From positions 1,664,001 to 1,728,000 of the forward strand of contig OY761556.1 of the NCBI GenBank assembly GCA_963664705.1: DNA of 64,000 nucleotides, given 5' to 3'. Below the pieces are notes generated by a model. The model ran no database searches and was not told the DNA's origin. It saw only the letters and a list, made by a program, of their open reading frames with translations. The position numbers and the translations under genes were made by a program. Below, one piece after another: positions 50,482 to 61,039 of the stretch. This DNA is from Acidobacteriota bacterium (lineage in GTDB: Bacteria > Acidobacteriota > UBA6911). Position 1 is the stretch's first letter, and each line of letters opens with the position of its first letter.

Positions 50482-51114
50482 ATGGACCCCCCTGGTTGCT
50501 GTGATGTGTGCGCCATGGAAACAATAATCCTACATTCTTAGTGGATGTCGATATGACGACCGTCACATTTTCGTCCATTCGGACCGGCGTATTCGTGCAA
50601 GAACCATCCTGGTTATCAAATTTCTTTGTCTTCAACTGAGAGTGTTGTAATGCGATGGCGATGATGGACGATGAGAATGCTGTATAAACTCCTAAAAATG
50701 TAGTGGGAGTGGGGACCTGCCGGTATCGTGGTTGCGCAATCGGCGTAACAGAAACGCGATACGGAGGGACAGGGGAAGCGTATTCGCCCAAAACGAGGAT
50801 AAAATACGTGCTGCAGCATCCAAGCGCATATTTCAAAGCTAAGGCATTCCACCAACTGAACATCCCCGTTAAAGGCTCAGAATCATGAGGATATTCGCAG
50901 CGGGAGTATCCCTGATTATCGTGTTTGTTTACTGAGTAAATGCCTGGGGGCAGCGATGCTGGATTCAGTTATCCAGCCGTTTGCACCCTGTCAGCAAAGC
51001 TCCACGCAATGATAAATGATCGGTGAGAATTTGGGCCGTTCGAAGTTTCCTGTGATGCGGGATGTCATGGTCTAGGCTATCGGCGTGCGAAGGCTTTGGT
51101 GGTGAGACAGTTAA

Positions 51115-52587
51115 ATGGAACAGACAAAAGCAGATCTACCGGAATCGCTGCATAGGCATTTGAAAGCATGTCGAACGCTTCCGAGCATTCCAGCGGTCGC
51201 CGTTCGGATTCTTGAGCTTTCCCGCAAAGAGGAAACCTCGGTACAGGAGGTTGCTCAGGCAATTAGCCGGGATCCGGCGCTGGTAGCGAAGCTGCTCCGC
51301 GTCTCCAATTCAGCCTTCTATAGCGTTCGCCACGAGATTACCACAGTGAATCGAGCGGTTGCTGTTCTTGGAATCAATACTGCACTCAGCCTTGCGTTGA
51401 GCTTCTCGCTGGCAAAGAACATGGGCAAGAAAGGTTATAAGAATTTTAACCCGGTTGCCTACTGGAAGCGTTCGGCCATAGCAGCGGCCGCCGGCAGGGC
51501 GTTGGCGCAACTTGTCCATGGCAGTGTGAGAGAGGAGCTGTTCCTATCTGGCCTGCTGCAGGATGTGGGCATGCTGGCTCTAAACGAGGCCATCCCTGAT
51601 GGTTATGATCTTTTGATTGCGGCTGCCGGCGGGGACCATCAGAAGCTGGTGGAATTGGAGCGTGAAAAGCTTGGTACTGATCACGCAATGGTTGGGGCGT
51701 GGTTGCTCGAGCATTGGAATCTTCCGGGAAAATACTCGGCTGCCGTTCGGGCCAGCCACGATTCCCAGGCCATATCGGATGATGAAAATGCCGGATTCTG
51801 CCGGGCAACAGCAGTGGCGGCAGGGATTGCTGAAGTCTGGGTTGACCCGGCAAGAGCTACCAATTTCGCATGGAACCTGGCAACCGGCCTGTTAGGGATG
51901 TCTCAGGAGAACTTCAGGAATTTGCTGGGTTGTGTTGCCTCTGCGATTCCGGAAGTCACGGTTGAGCTGGAAGTCAATATCGGCAATGAGGAAATGCTGG
52001 CTCATCTGCTGGAACAGGCACATGAAGCGTTGGTTGTTCTTACCATGGAGGCTCAACAGCAGGTACAGCAGATAAGAGATCTGTCCCGGCGCGACCGGCT
52101 AACGGCAGTTTATAACCGTAGCTATCTTGACGAGGAACTGCCCCGGCAGTTTGAGGCAGCGTCATTGTCGGGCAAGCCGCTAAGCGTTCTGTTCATTGAT
52201 ATAGATTATTTCAAAAAGGTCAATGACACGCACGGCCACGAGGCGGGAGATACAGTATTGGTATCCACGGCAGGCACCATAAGCACTGTAGTGAGAAGGT
52301 CGGATGTCATTGCCCGGTATGGAGGCGAAGAATTCATATGCCTCATGCCGGACACGGATGCCTGTCAGGCGCTAACAGTTGGCGAAATGATTCGAAATAG
52401 CATCGAAGCGCAAACGGTTGGAGATGACCCAGTGCTTCAAGTAACGGTATCAATCGGAGGCGCTACTCATTCCGATTCCTGTCGGCTGGACGATGCCAGG
52501 CAGTTGTTGGGAGAAGCCGACCGATGCCTGTATATTGCCAAGGCTCAAGGCCGCAACCGCATGATAATGAGGGAGCAGCCGATTTAG
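51115..52587 (+). CDS. HDOD-GGDEF diguanylate cyclase
   Basis: LPSIP, DPALVAKLLRVSNSAFY, GLLQDVG; DIDYFKKVNDTHGH.AGD; RRSD I-site; RYGGEEF. Confidence 0.93.
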   Translation: MEQTKADLPESLHRHLKACRTLPSIPAVAVRILELSRKEETSVQEVAQAISRDPALVAKLLRVSNSAFYSVRHEITTVNRAVAVLGINTALSLALSFSLAKNMGKKGYKNFNPVAYWKRSAIAAAAGRALAQLVHGSVREELFLSGLLQDVGMLALNEAIPDGYDLLIAAAGGDHQKLVELEREKLGTDHAMVGAWLLEHWNLPGKYSAAVRASHDSQAISDDENAGFCRATAVAAGIAEVWVDPARATNFAWNLATGLLGMSQENFRNLLGCVASAIPEVTVELEVNIGNEEMLAHLLEQAHEALVVLTMEAQQQVQQIRDLSRRDRLTAVYNRSYLDEELPRQFEAASLSGKPLSVLFIDIDYFKKVNDTHGHEAGDTVLVSTAGTISTVVRRSDVIARYGGEEFICLMPDTDACQALTVGEMIRNSIEAQTVGDDPVLQVTVSIGGATHSDSCRLDDARQLLGEADRCLYIAKAQGRNRMIMREQPI

Positions 52588-52790
52588 GCAAATCAGGACA
52601 AGAAAATAGTTTGGCTGCGTTCCCCTGGAACTGCTTTATGCAATAGGATATCAAAGTTACCGGAAGAGGCCACATGCACGGAGGACCGCGGGAGACCGCA
52701 GACACAATTGGCAATGTGGCCCTTTCGAGATCTGTGACAAACCCCGAGTTCCAGAAACTCTACAATGACATCCGAAGCACGCCCCTGGGG

Positions 52791-53156
52791 TCAGCTGACT
52801 CTTCTGTCCATTCCGCCTTCATTCAGACTTGCTATTGCCGCCTGCTCGTCATTAAATGACTTGAAAACGGTCAGCAGTTGGGTAATCACCAAAGGATCGG
52901 AAATCTTCTTGGTTACATTTAAGAGTCGGATCTGTCCGCCGCCATTGGTAACCGCATTGTAGGTGTTGACCAGTTCGCCAATACCGGAACTGTCGATGAA
53001 CTTGATATGAGCCAGGTTGAGCACAATCTTGTTTGCGCCGCCATGCAAAACGTCATGGAGGGTATTGCGAAGGGACAGCATCCCGTCATCCAACGTGATC
53101 TTGCCGCTGCAATCCAAAATGTGGACATCTCCGATGCTGCGCGTGGAAATCTTCAT
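52791..53156 (-). CDS. STAS-domain anti-sigma-factor antagonist
   Basis: IVLNLAHIKFIDSSGIGELV; AAGGGGG RBS. Confidence 0.9.
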   Translation of the reverse strand: MKISTRSIGDVHILDCSGKITLDDGMLSLRNTLHDVLHGGANKIVLNLAHIKFIDSSGIGELVNTYNAVTNGGGQIRLLNVTKKISDPLVITQLLTVFKSFNDEQAAIASLNEGGMDRRVS

Positions 53157-53787
53157 ATCGAACCCCCTTTTGGTTCCGCAAAAAAGGCCTGTCGGGATAC
53201 AGTGACGATGTTGCCCTCTTGCTTCAACATTGGGTGCCTCAATACTTTTCCGGCATCAGGGAGTTTCTGCAGGGATTGGGACATATTCCGACCGTTTTAT
53301 TGACTTCTCCCTTTATCCCCAATTCAGGCACATGAAACGCTAGTCTCTCGACCTCCGGTGAATCGAGTCCCGATAACCGGAAAATTTCGAGAAAGAAACA
53401 GCTCTCCTTTGCACAGGAAAAGCACCGATCCGTCGATGCGCTTTGTCGGGCTGGAGGCTTCCGTAAGACAACTCGTGCAAGAAACGAGTAGAGTGTGGGG
53501 GTTTGGAACCATACTGTCCAACCGTCTTGACGATCATGGGGATCTTTCCCCTCCGCGTCGACAGCCGGCGCACAATCCTGAAGGTTTTGATACCTTAAAA
53601 TCATCTTAGCCGAACTGAATGCAATTTTACAGAAAAGAATACTGAGATAAAGAGATCAGCTATTTGTCCAACTGCGACCAAAAATACCTTGCCCTCTAAT
53701 GCATTCGGAATTATTGCCGAAAAGAATTGATGAATGCTGGACTTGGTTTGAGAGTCTTGTCGAACAATAATTAGGGATTGTAAGACG

Positions 53788-53840
53788 AAGACGCAAGCGA
53801 AAGGAATCTGACTGGTTCTTTTCGCTTGCGTCTTTTTGTT
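53788..53840 (+). terminator. Strong hairpin with U tract in the long intergenic region
   Basis: aagacgcaagcgaaaggaa / ttcttttcgcttgcgtctt followed by tttgttttt. Confidence 0.5.
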
Positions 53841-53972
53841 TTTACCGCCTTGAAAAGGGATGGTCAGGACCACTGGGAAGTTGGAAAACAGTCGTCGGGC
53901 TTGCCCGGTAAACACAATCCCTGATGACTGAATAGCTGCTTAATCGCACTTTTGATGTCGTCGGAGAAACCT

Positions 53973-54353
53973 ATGATGTCAGACAATTACGGTTGCCCTC
54001 ATTTGTTTGCTGAAGGAATCAACACTGCCAAGTTTGCCGAGATGGTTTCCCAGGCTATCTTGAAAACTCTGCAAGGCATGCATGCTGACTTTCCGCAGGG
54101 AGCTATCGACCAGTGGAAAAACATGAGCCGGATAGAAAAGCTGGCATTTGTCGGTGCAAGCCTGGAATGTTTTTATTGGATCTATATTGCCAGAAATAAG
54201 GAACTGTTTCCATTTTGGGAAACCGCTTCCATCAGTCAGAAAGTGGAAAGAGCCGCGGGTTTTTGTCTGTTTATCCTGGGAACCGAATTTGAAGAAAGCA
54301 GCGCAGGCGTTTTTCCCGGTACCAACGTATCGTCCACCGAGTGGATTAACTGA
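53973..54353 (+). CDS. Hypothetical protein
   Basis: 126-aa ORF with GGAGA RBS; no recognised motif. Confidence 0.45.
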   Translation: MMSDNYGCPHLFAEGINTAKFAEMVSQAILKTLQGMHADFPQGAIDQWKNMSRIEKLAFVGASLECFYWIYIARNKELFPFWETASISQKVERAAGFCLFILGTEFEESSAGVFPGTNVSSTEWIN

Positions 54354-54664
54354 GACCGCTGTGTTAGTTGCCGGAAGGGCTTAGCCAAGATTAGTTCAAT
54401 GTGTTGATGGCCATGCCTTTTTGCAGCCATTTCATGGATGAAGATCGAAAAGCATCAATTCTCTTTTTACATTCCTTGCCCCGTGTTTGACCTCAGCCGG
54501 ATATCCTGAATACGGTTCCCGAATCTACTGGAATGATGCCGCCGCGAATGAAATCCGATCAAGCGCGCTTGTGCCGTGTTAGGATAGGAGCCTGGTTTCT
54601 ATGTATTGTTTCAGCTGGGTTTTTGTATCTCATCCGCAGAGTCATGTTGGTTGGAGGGGTGAAG

Positions 54665-55030
54665 ATGTCGAATAGGAAAGATGAAAGCAGTGCCTTCATC
54701 CGTTGCGCCTTTTTTCGCGGCAGCATCAAAGAAGGGCAAGAGGAGAGATTTGCTGAGTTTGTTCGTCGACGACTTGTGCCGCTGTGGACGCGTTTCCCTG
54801 GCGCGGAAGAAGTAAGGGTATTACGTCAGGAGGATTGTGATGCCGGTGCGCCGCGTTTCGAGATGGTTCTGGCAATCCGCTATCCTTCGCGCGCCGCGAT
54901 CGACGCGGCGCTTGCCTCGGATGTGCGACTAAAAAGCCGAGAAGTTACCCAGGAAATGATGTCCATGTTCGAGGGAGATATTTTTCATACCATTTTCAGG
55001 GCAGATGAGTACGGCTTGCCCACCGATTGA
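54665..55030 (+). CDS. EthD-like dimeric alpha/beta-barrel protein
   Basis: LVPLWTRFPGAEEVRV, LAIRYPSRAAIDAALASDVR; GGAGG RBS. Confidence 0.7.
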   Translation: MSNRKDESSAFIRCAFFRGSIKEGQEERFAEFVRRRLVPLWTRFPGAEEVRVLRQEDCDAGAPRFEMVLAIRYPSRAAIDAALASDVRLKSREVTQEMMSMFEGDIFHTIFRADEYGLPTD

Positions 55031-55066
55031 TTCCCTGTGCCTTGAAACAGTCGGGCCGAATCAAAC

Positions 55067-55873
55067 CTACTTCAGCCGATTTTGCAGTTTCTGCTCGATG
55101 TTCTGTTTCGCGTCCTGGAGACCCTCGCTGTTCTTCTGTCCGTTCATGCCAAAATGTCCTACGATCAGTGAGATCCGGCGGTTGGCGGGATCATCGGGAT
55201 TATCCGGCTTGCGGAGTTGCTGATCGGCATAGCCGCGTACCTGCTCCACCTGACCGGCGTGCAATCCCGCTTCCATCATAATCCGACGGGCGTTATTGGC
55301 GCGGTCCACCGAGAGTTCCCAGTTCGTATAGCCGTTGCCGGGATACGGTCTTGCATCCGTGTGACCTTCAATGAAGAGACGGTTGGGTATCTTTCCGATC
55401 TCCTGTCCGAGGACGGAGAGCAGATCTTTGCAATCCTCATTGGGCGTGGGACTGCCGATAGCAAAAAACGTGCCCTTTTCTGTTTCGAGCAACTCAACCT
55501 TAAGGCCGCTCTCAGTGATGGTCATTTCAATCTGCTTGCTGAACTTGGTGAAATTGGGCATCTTTCGGATGGCATTTTCCAACGACTGTTTCAGTTCGTT
55601 CATTGCTTTAGTTCCCGAAAGCAGTCCCTCTCCACCGACACTGGCGCCTAAGACTTTGGATGTTCCCATGCCAACAAATTTGGATGTGCCCATGGGATCC
55701 TTAAAATAGCCTCCGACGGCTTCCTGTACCTGTTTGCTGGTATTCATGAGCCAGAGAACAATAAACAAAGCCATCATGGCGGTGACAAAGTCGGCATAGG
55801 CCACCTTCCACGCGCCTCCGTGATGGCCGCCGTGCCCCCCCTTTTTCTTGATGATAATGCGTGTGTTTGCCAT
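55067..55873 (-). CDS. motB: Flagellar-type stator protein MotB
   Basis: HHGGAWKVAYADFVTAMMALF with conserved Asp; OmpA-like GHTD, NWELS.DRA, NRRISL. Confidence 0.93.
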   Translation of the reverse strand: MANTRIIIKKKGGHGGHHGGAWKVAYADFVTAMMALFIVLWLMNTSKQVQEAVGGYFKDPMGTSKFVGMGTSKVLGASVGGEGLLSGTKAMNELKQSLENAIRKMPNFTKFSKQIEMTITESGLKVELLETEKGTFFAIGSPTPNEDCKDLLSVLGQEIGKIPNRLFIEGHTDARPYPGNGYTNWELSVDRANNARRIMMEAGLHAGQVEQVRGYADQQLRKPDNPDDPANRRISLIVGHFGMNGQKNSEGLQDAKQNIEQKLQNRLK

Positions 55874-55882
55874 AAGGACTCT

Positions 55883-56758
55883 TTAGGCGGTCGCCGCTTG
55901 CGCAGGTGGTGCCTTCTTGACCATCTTCTCCATTTCTCCAAAGCTCGGACGAATGCGATGTGGGATAATCCGGCGTCCGTATTCAAGAGCCAAAATGGGA
56001 GCATTGCCTTTCAGGAAGGCCAGCATGATAGTTCTTAGTACGTTATGATAGGAATGTTCTTCTTCGGCGACTTTGGACATGTATTGCGCCAGAGGGCCGA
56101 CGAATCCATAGCACATCAGAATGCCAAGGAAGGTTCCGACAAGGGCTGCTGCCACCTTGTGCCCGATTTCCTCCGGGGGACCACCCAGTGCTCCCATCGT
56201 GATCACGACTCCTAAAACTGCGGCAACAATGCCGAGTCCGGGCAGGGAATCCGCGGTTGTGGAGAGTGCTGCGATCGGTTTCTCCGCTTCACGGTGTGAA
56301 GTCTCCATATCTCCTTCAATGAGTTGATCGAGATCGAAGGGGTCCACATTGCCGGAAAGGACCATTCGCAACGTATCGCACAGGAAATCGCGTGTATGGT
56401 GGTCGCTTAGAAAATTGGGATACTTTGAAAAAATTTCGCTTTTTTCGGGTTCTTCCGCGTCGGTTTCCAGGGCTATCAGACCTTGTTTTCTGGCCTTGTC
56501 GAGCACCTCGTAGCACATCTTGAGGTTATCGCCGTAAAATTCCTGTGTGTAGGGGGATGGCTTGAATACGCCGGTCAGTCCCTTGGTAATCCCCTTCAGC
56601 ACGTGCACCGGGTTGGCAATAAAAACAGTGCCGGCCGCGGCGCCGCCAATGATTACCAGTTCTGCAGGCTGAATGAGAACGGCAAGGTTGCCACCTTCCA
56701 TCAGATAGCCACCAACTACGGCCCCCAATACTATACAAAGTCCTATAATTACAAACAT
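55883..56758 (-). CDS. motA: Flagellar-type stator protein MotA
   Basis: GGYLMEGG, QPAELVIIGGA, RKQGLIALE, LPGLGIVAAVLG, AALVGTFLG, EYGR. Confidence 0.94.
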   Translation of the reverse strand: MFVIIGLCIVLGAVVGGYLMEGGNLAVLIQPAELVIIGGAAAGTVFIANPVHVLKGITKGLTGVFKPSPYTQEFYGDNLKMCYEVLDKARKQGLIALETDAEEPEKSEIFSKYPNFLSDHHTRDFLCDTLRMVLSGNVDPFDLDQLIEGDMETSHREAEKPIAALSTTADSLPGLGIVAAVLGVVITMGALGGPPEEIGHKVAAALVGTFLGILMCYGFVGPLAQYMSKVAEEEHSYHNVLRTIMLAFLKGNAPILALEYGRRIIPHRIRPSFGEMEKMVKKAPPAQAATA

Positions 56759-56761
56759 ACT

Positions 56762-57637
56762 CTAGTTGTCTCCTGGAAGCGTTTTGGGAGCGCTCCATGC
56801 TGGATCAAGGTCGGATAATAATGCTTCAGGGCTGTCAAATTTTTCTGCCGTGACCATCCGGATCTGTATCTTGGGGACGATGCGATCGCCCCACCAGGTT
56901 ATGGCACAGGTGCTGGTTACAGCTTGCAGTTCTCTTAAAACTTCCTGATTGCAATCACCGATGCATTGCGGAACAAGAAGGATGAAACGCTGCTCGGTCC
57001 ATGTGCCCAGATAGTGGGGCACCCAGAGCGCGCTTGTCAGCGTTTTGGCCACGGTTTGAAGAACCGCCTGTACCATTGCCGGTCCGCGATTGACTCCCAT
57101 TTCGTGGACTCCTTCAATGGTGATCATGAAGGCGGATAGGTGCTCCCGCTCATGAAGCCAGTGCAAGCGAAGCTGCTCTTCTGTATGGTCGGGTGACCCA
57201 ATCTCCGTGTGTGAGCGCGAGGCAAACTCCGGATCATCCCACAGAAGCCCTGCAACAAACGATTCCATCTGAAAGACCTGCCCTACCGCAAATATCTTTC
57301 CTTCTTCATCGCGTACCGGGACTGTCTGGGCGACGACACGAATCCGGTGGCCTTCCTTATGCTGCATGAGCATAGCCGCGCGCCTGGGATTGCCATCATG
57401 CAGAGTCAAAGACATTGGACATGAGCCTGAAGCGCACAATGGCTCACCCTTTATGGAGCAGTGAGATAGTAGCGCTTCGGAGCAACCGCGGCCGATGACA
57501 TCCTGAGCCCGGTAGCCTGTTATCTGCTGCGCGAGCTGATTCCAGAAAATGACGTGCTTATTATGATCGACTACATAAATGCCGAAGGGCATGACATCGG
57601 TCAACTGAAGAAACAAGTCCCCATTGTTAATAGACAT
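56762..57637 (-). CDS. Cys-containing PAS domain fused to a degenerate GGDEF domain
   Basis: PAS (FWNQLAQQITGY, GCSEALLSHC...LCASGSCP, HKEGHRI); GGDEF fold with LGTWTEQRFILL replacing GRWGGEEF. Confidence 0.75.
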   Translation of the reverse strand: MSINNGDLFLQLTDVMPFGIYVVDHNKHVIFWNQLAQQITGYRAQDVIGRGCSEALLSHCSIKGEPLCASGSCPMSLTLHDGNPRRAAMLMQHKEGHRIRVVAQTVPVRDEEGKIFAVGQVFQMESFVAGLLWDDPEFASRSHTEIGSPDHTEEQLRLHWLHEREHLSAFMITIEGVHEMGVNRGPAMVQAVLQTVAKTLTSALWVPHYLGTWTEQRFILLVPQCIGDCNQEVLRELQAVTSTCAITWWGDRIVPKIQIRMVTAEKFDSPEALLSDLDPAWSAPKTLPGDN

Positions 57638-57868
57638 TTTATTCTCCGATACGCTTTTCGGTCATCTAGATCAGAACAATGAACAATTTCAGCAAATTCT
57701 AATTGAAGAATCGCTCTTTACCGTCTCCGGGAGGGGCTTATGCCATGCGGCTGATTTGATCGGCAGGGGCAAATTATGAAAGGGATAGGGTTATGCGCTT
57801 GAGTATTATTCCCCTAAAATCCAGGGTTTAAGGAATCTGTCAAAGTGCGGTAGCGCCGCCTATAGGTT

Positions 57869-60800
57869 CTAGGCGTCTCTTTGTCGAGCTCTTTGCAGAG
57901 CATTCGCAAGTTCCTTCATAGAAAATGGTTTCTGAAGAAAGATGGTGCCGGGGTCCAGCATACCTTGATCGACCATGGCATCGGCGGTCCAGCCCGACAT
58001 GAACACACATTGAAGATGGGGATAGGTAGTCTGGAGTTTTGCGGCAAGGTCGCGACCATTCATCTCGGGCATGACAATATCGGTAATAATTATGTCAATC
58101 TCTCTTGAATGGGCGTCCGCCAGTCGAAGTGCTTCCCCCGGGGTCGGTGCAGCCAGAACCGCATACCCCAGCTTGCGAAGCATCGCCTGGGCCAATTTCA
58201 GCACGGTAGGCTCATCTTCGACAAGCAGGATTGAGTCTTTTTTGTTGGATGCCGGCGCCAGCTCGATTACTTCACTTTCCTCGGGCGCTCCTGTATAGCG
58301 CGGAAGGTACATTTCAAACATCGTGCCATTGCCGGGCTTGCTTTCCACATGAACGAATCCATTGTTTTGTCGGACTATTCCATACACAGTGGCCAAGCCA
58401 AGTCCAGTTCCTTCACCAACCCCTTTTGTGGTGAAAAACGGCTCAAAGATGTTCGCCAGCGTTGCCTCGTCCATGCCTCGGCCGTCATCGCCTACCGATA
58501 TCTGGACATATTCCCCCGGGACGCATCCTTCATGGCCCTTGAAGTTTTCGGTGCAGATTTCAAAATTGGCCGTCTGGATTACGATTTGGCCGATTCCTGA
58601 GATTGCATCCCTGGAGTTGACACACAGGTTGGCAAGTATCTGGTCGATCTGTGATGGATCCATCCGAACAGGCCATAGAGCCGCCCCGGGCTTCCAATCC
58701 AGGCGAATGTTTTCACCAATCAATCGGTGAAGCATCGCGAGGATTCCGGAGATAGCATCGTTTAGATCGAGAATGCGCGGCAATATAATCTGCTTGCGGG
58801 CGAAGGCCAGCAATTGTCGGGTAAGGTCGGCGGATCGACTCGCTGCCTTTTGAATCTCCACCAAATCGCCGTGAACCGAATGGGAAGGGTCTATCTGCTC
58901 AAGCGCCATTTCGGTCCGGCCCAGAATCACTCCCAACATATTGTTGTAATCGTGCGCGACCCCGCCGGCCAATCGTCCGATTGAATCCATTTTCTGGGCT
59001 TGTCGCAGCTGATCCTCGAGGCTTTTGCGTTCCTCTTCCTGACGTTTGCGGTCCGTAATATCGCGAGTTATGCCCGTTATGCCCAGTGGCTTGCCATCTT
59101 CCGACCAGATAAAGCTGGCCGTAACCTCCGCCGGGAAAGTGCCGCCGTCTTTGCGCATTTCCTCGGATTCGTAGACGAGGATTTTGTTGTGGTCGTATGA
59201 AGCCGTGGCGGTTGCCAGTTCAAGCTCTTTTTCCCGGAGAAGGTTGGATTCGGTCGCCTGGCGTGGCGTTACTCCTTTTCTGAAAGAACGCTGCAGGGCT
59301 TCCTCCGGAGTATATCCATGAGTTCGCTCCACGTTAGGACTGATATAGGTAATGCGGCCGGCCAAATCCGTTGCCCAAATTGTATCCGGTATGCATTTGG
59401 TCATCGTGAGGAATTGCTGGTTGGCCTTGAGCAGTGCCTCTTCCGCCATTTTTTGTTCGGTGATATCCTCGGCCATTGTCAGGTGAAATGTGGGGCGCGT
59501 GCCGCGTTCCCACAGCGGGACTATGGTCAGATTTGCCCAAACAGCCGAACCATCGGGACGGACGTAGCGCTTTTGCAGTTGAACCATTTCGGCTTGTCCA
59601 TCTCGCAATAGCCGAATATGTTCCAAATCATTATCGACGTCAGCCGGATGCGTTATCTTCTGGAATGTGGTCTGCAGAAGGCTGTCGCGATGGAATCCGG
59701 TAATTCGGCAATAGGCCGGGTTTACTTGTGCAAACTGCCCGGTCCATGAATCAACTACCGCGATTCCCAGGGGCGCCTGCTCGTAATAGGTGCGAAACCG
59801 TTTCTCGCTTTCCTGCAGCGCTTCCTCTGCCTGCTTGCGGGCGGTTATATCATAAACGATGCCATCCCAACGGATGCCTCCAGCTTCGAGGAGAATGGGA
59901 CGCGATTCTGCATGCAACCAGCGGATCTCGCCAGCTTTGTTTTGCTTGCGACCTTCCCATACAAAAGAGCTCAAGGTTTGACGTGAGCGTTCTATGGTCT
60001 GGGTAAGCACCAACAGATCGTCCGGATGGACGGTTGAGAAAGTGTTCTGTACGTCATTCAAAGCCTCAGCTTCGGACATCTCGAGTATTTCGCACCACCG
60101 CGGGCTTACATAATCAAAGCCGTAGGTGCCGTCCGGAAATGCTCTGAACTTATAAACTCCAATGGGGATCTGGTTAACAAGGTCGGAATATTCCAGAAGG
60201 CTTTGTTGAAGCCTTTCGGTAACAAAGCGCAGGCGGGCCTCGCTGGATCGCTGATCCTCTTCGGCTCGCAACCGGTCCGTGATGTCCCGTATGGCAGCCA
60301 CCTGCAGGAGGCGACCATCAGATTCGAAGTAATCTCCGAAGATCTCGACCGGAAATAGGGTGCCATCCTTTTTGCGGTGCAGGCGTATGGCTACAAATGT
60401 CTCACGCTCCCGGACGGCTTTGAGTGACTTTGCCGGTTCTGCGGAGATATCCGCCAGCTTGAGCTGAAGGAAATCGTCAAGGCTGTAGCCATAAAGATTC
60501 AGCGCGGATGGATTGGCATCGACAAAAAGGCCAGTCTCGATATCAACAAGAAAAATAGCATCGGATGCAGCCACAAACAGGCGCTGGTAGCGCTCCTCGC
60601 ATTCACGGGCTTTCTGCTTTTGCCGGGTTGTCTCCGTATTATCAGTCCAGCTGGAGATCAGCAACGCTTCCCCATCCTGTGTTATCAGTTCTGCCGAGAG
60701 AATGGCCGGAAAAGGCTGTCCGGAGTGTCGTTTCATCGTGAGTGCGCGATTGTAAATCCGACCCTTTTCCCGCATTTCGCTGAGAAAATTGCTTCTGGCC

Positions 60801-61039
60801 TCCGCGGAAGGCCAAAAATTCCAATCAACCATTGCACGGTCGGCTATTTCCTCACGCTTCAGATCGAAAACTCTCAAACAAGCCGCATTCATTTCCAGCA
60901 GCAAACCATCTGAGAATCGCGTAATGGCAATGGCTGCCGGGGCCAGGCTGAAAGCTTGTATCAGCATGCTCGCATTCGTAGCTTGCATGGAACCATCCGT
61001 GTGATTTGACAGCCCATTGGTTTTATGGTTGGGACACAT
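57869..61039 (-). CDS. Cytoplasmic hybrid histidine kinase (5 PAS, HisKA, HATPase, REC; CckA-like)
   Basis: Five PAS/PAC units; LAGGVAHDYNN; NLCVNSRDA; FEPFFTTK; GTGLGL; receiver LLVEDE..TDIVMP..FLQKPF. Confidence 0.93.
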   Translation of the reverse strand: MCPNHKTNGLSNHTDGSMQATNASMLIQAFSLAPAAIAITRFSDGLLLEMNAACLRVFDLKREEIADRAMVDWNFWPSAEARSNFLSEMREKGRIYNRALTMKRHSGQPFPAILSAELITQDGEALLISSWTDNTETTRQKQKARECEERYQRLFVAASDAIFLVDIETGLFVDANPSALNLYGYSLDDFLQLKLADISAEPAKSLKAVRERETFVAIRLHRKKDGTLFPVEIFGDYFESDGRLLQVAAIRDITDRLRAEEDQRSSEARLRFVTERLQQSLLEYSDLVNQIPIGVYKFRAFPDGTYGFDYVSPRWCEILEMSEAEALNDVQNTFSTVHPDDLLVLTQTIERSRQTLSSFVWEGRKQNKAGEIRWLHAESRPILLEAGGIRWDGIVYDITARKQAEEALQESEKRFRTYYEQAPLGIAVVDSWTGQFAQVNPAYCRITGFHRDSLLQTTFQKITHPADVDNDLEHIRLLRDGQAEMVQLQKRYVRPDGSAVWANLTIVPLWERGTRPTFHLTMAEDITEQKMAEEALLKANQQFLTMTKCIPDTIWATDLAGRITYISPNVERTHGYTPEEALQRSFRKGVTPRQATESNLLREKELELATATASYDHNKILVYESEEMRKDGGTFPAEVTASFIWSEDGKPLGITGITRDITDRKRQEEERKSLEDQLRQAQKMDSIGRLAGGVAHDYNNMLGVILGRTEMALEQIDPSHSVHGDLVEIQKAASRSADLTRQLLAFARKQIILPRILDLNDAISGILAMLHRLIGENIRLDWKPGAALWPVRMDPSQIDQILANLCVNSRDAISGIGQIVIQTANFEICTENFKGHEGCVPGEYVQISVGDDGRGMDEATLANIFEPFFTTKGVGEGTGLGLATVYGIVRQNNGFVHVESKPGNGTMFEMYLPRYTGAPEESEVIELAPASNKKDSILLVEDEPTVLKLAQAMLRKLGYAVLAAPTPGEALRLADAHSREIDIIITDIVMPEMNGRDLAAKLQTTYPHLQCVFMSGWTADAMVDQGMLDPGTIFLQKPFSMKELANALQRARQRDA

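Noticed and set aside
53865-53890. ccactgggaag as part of a cobalamin riboswitch
   Set aside because: Other conserved B12-element segments are absent and no B12-related gene follows
560-55030. Other TGA-ending genes as additional selenoproteins (stops at 1918, 22364, 33089, 44318, 55030)
   Set aside because: The proteins appear complete at the stop and show no redox-motif context or convincing downstream continuation
55067-56758. motAB as Zorya (ZorAB) anti-phage system
   Set aside because: MotA is canonical length without the long ZorA tail, and no zorC/D/E-like genes are adjacent
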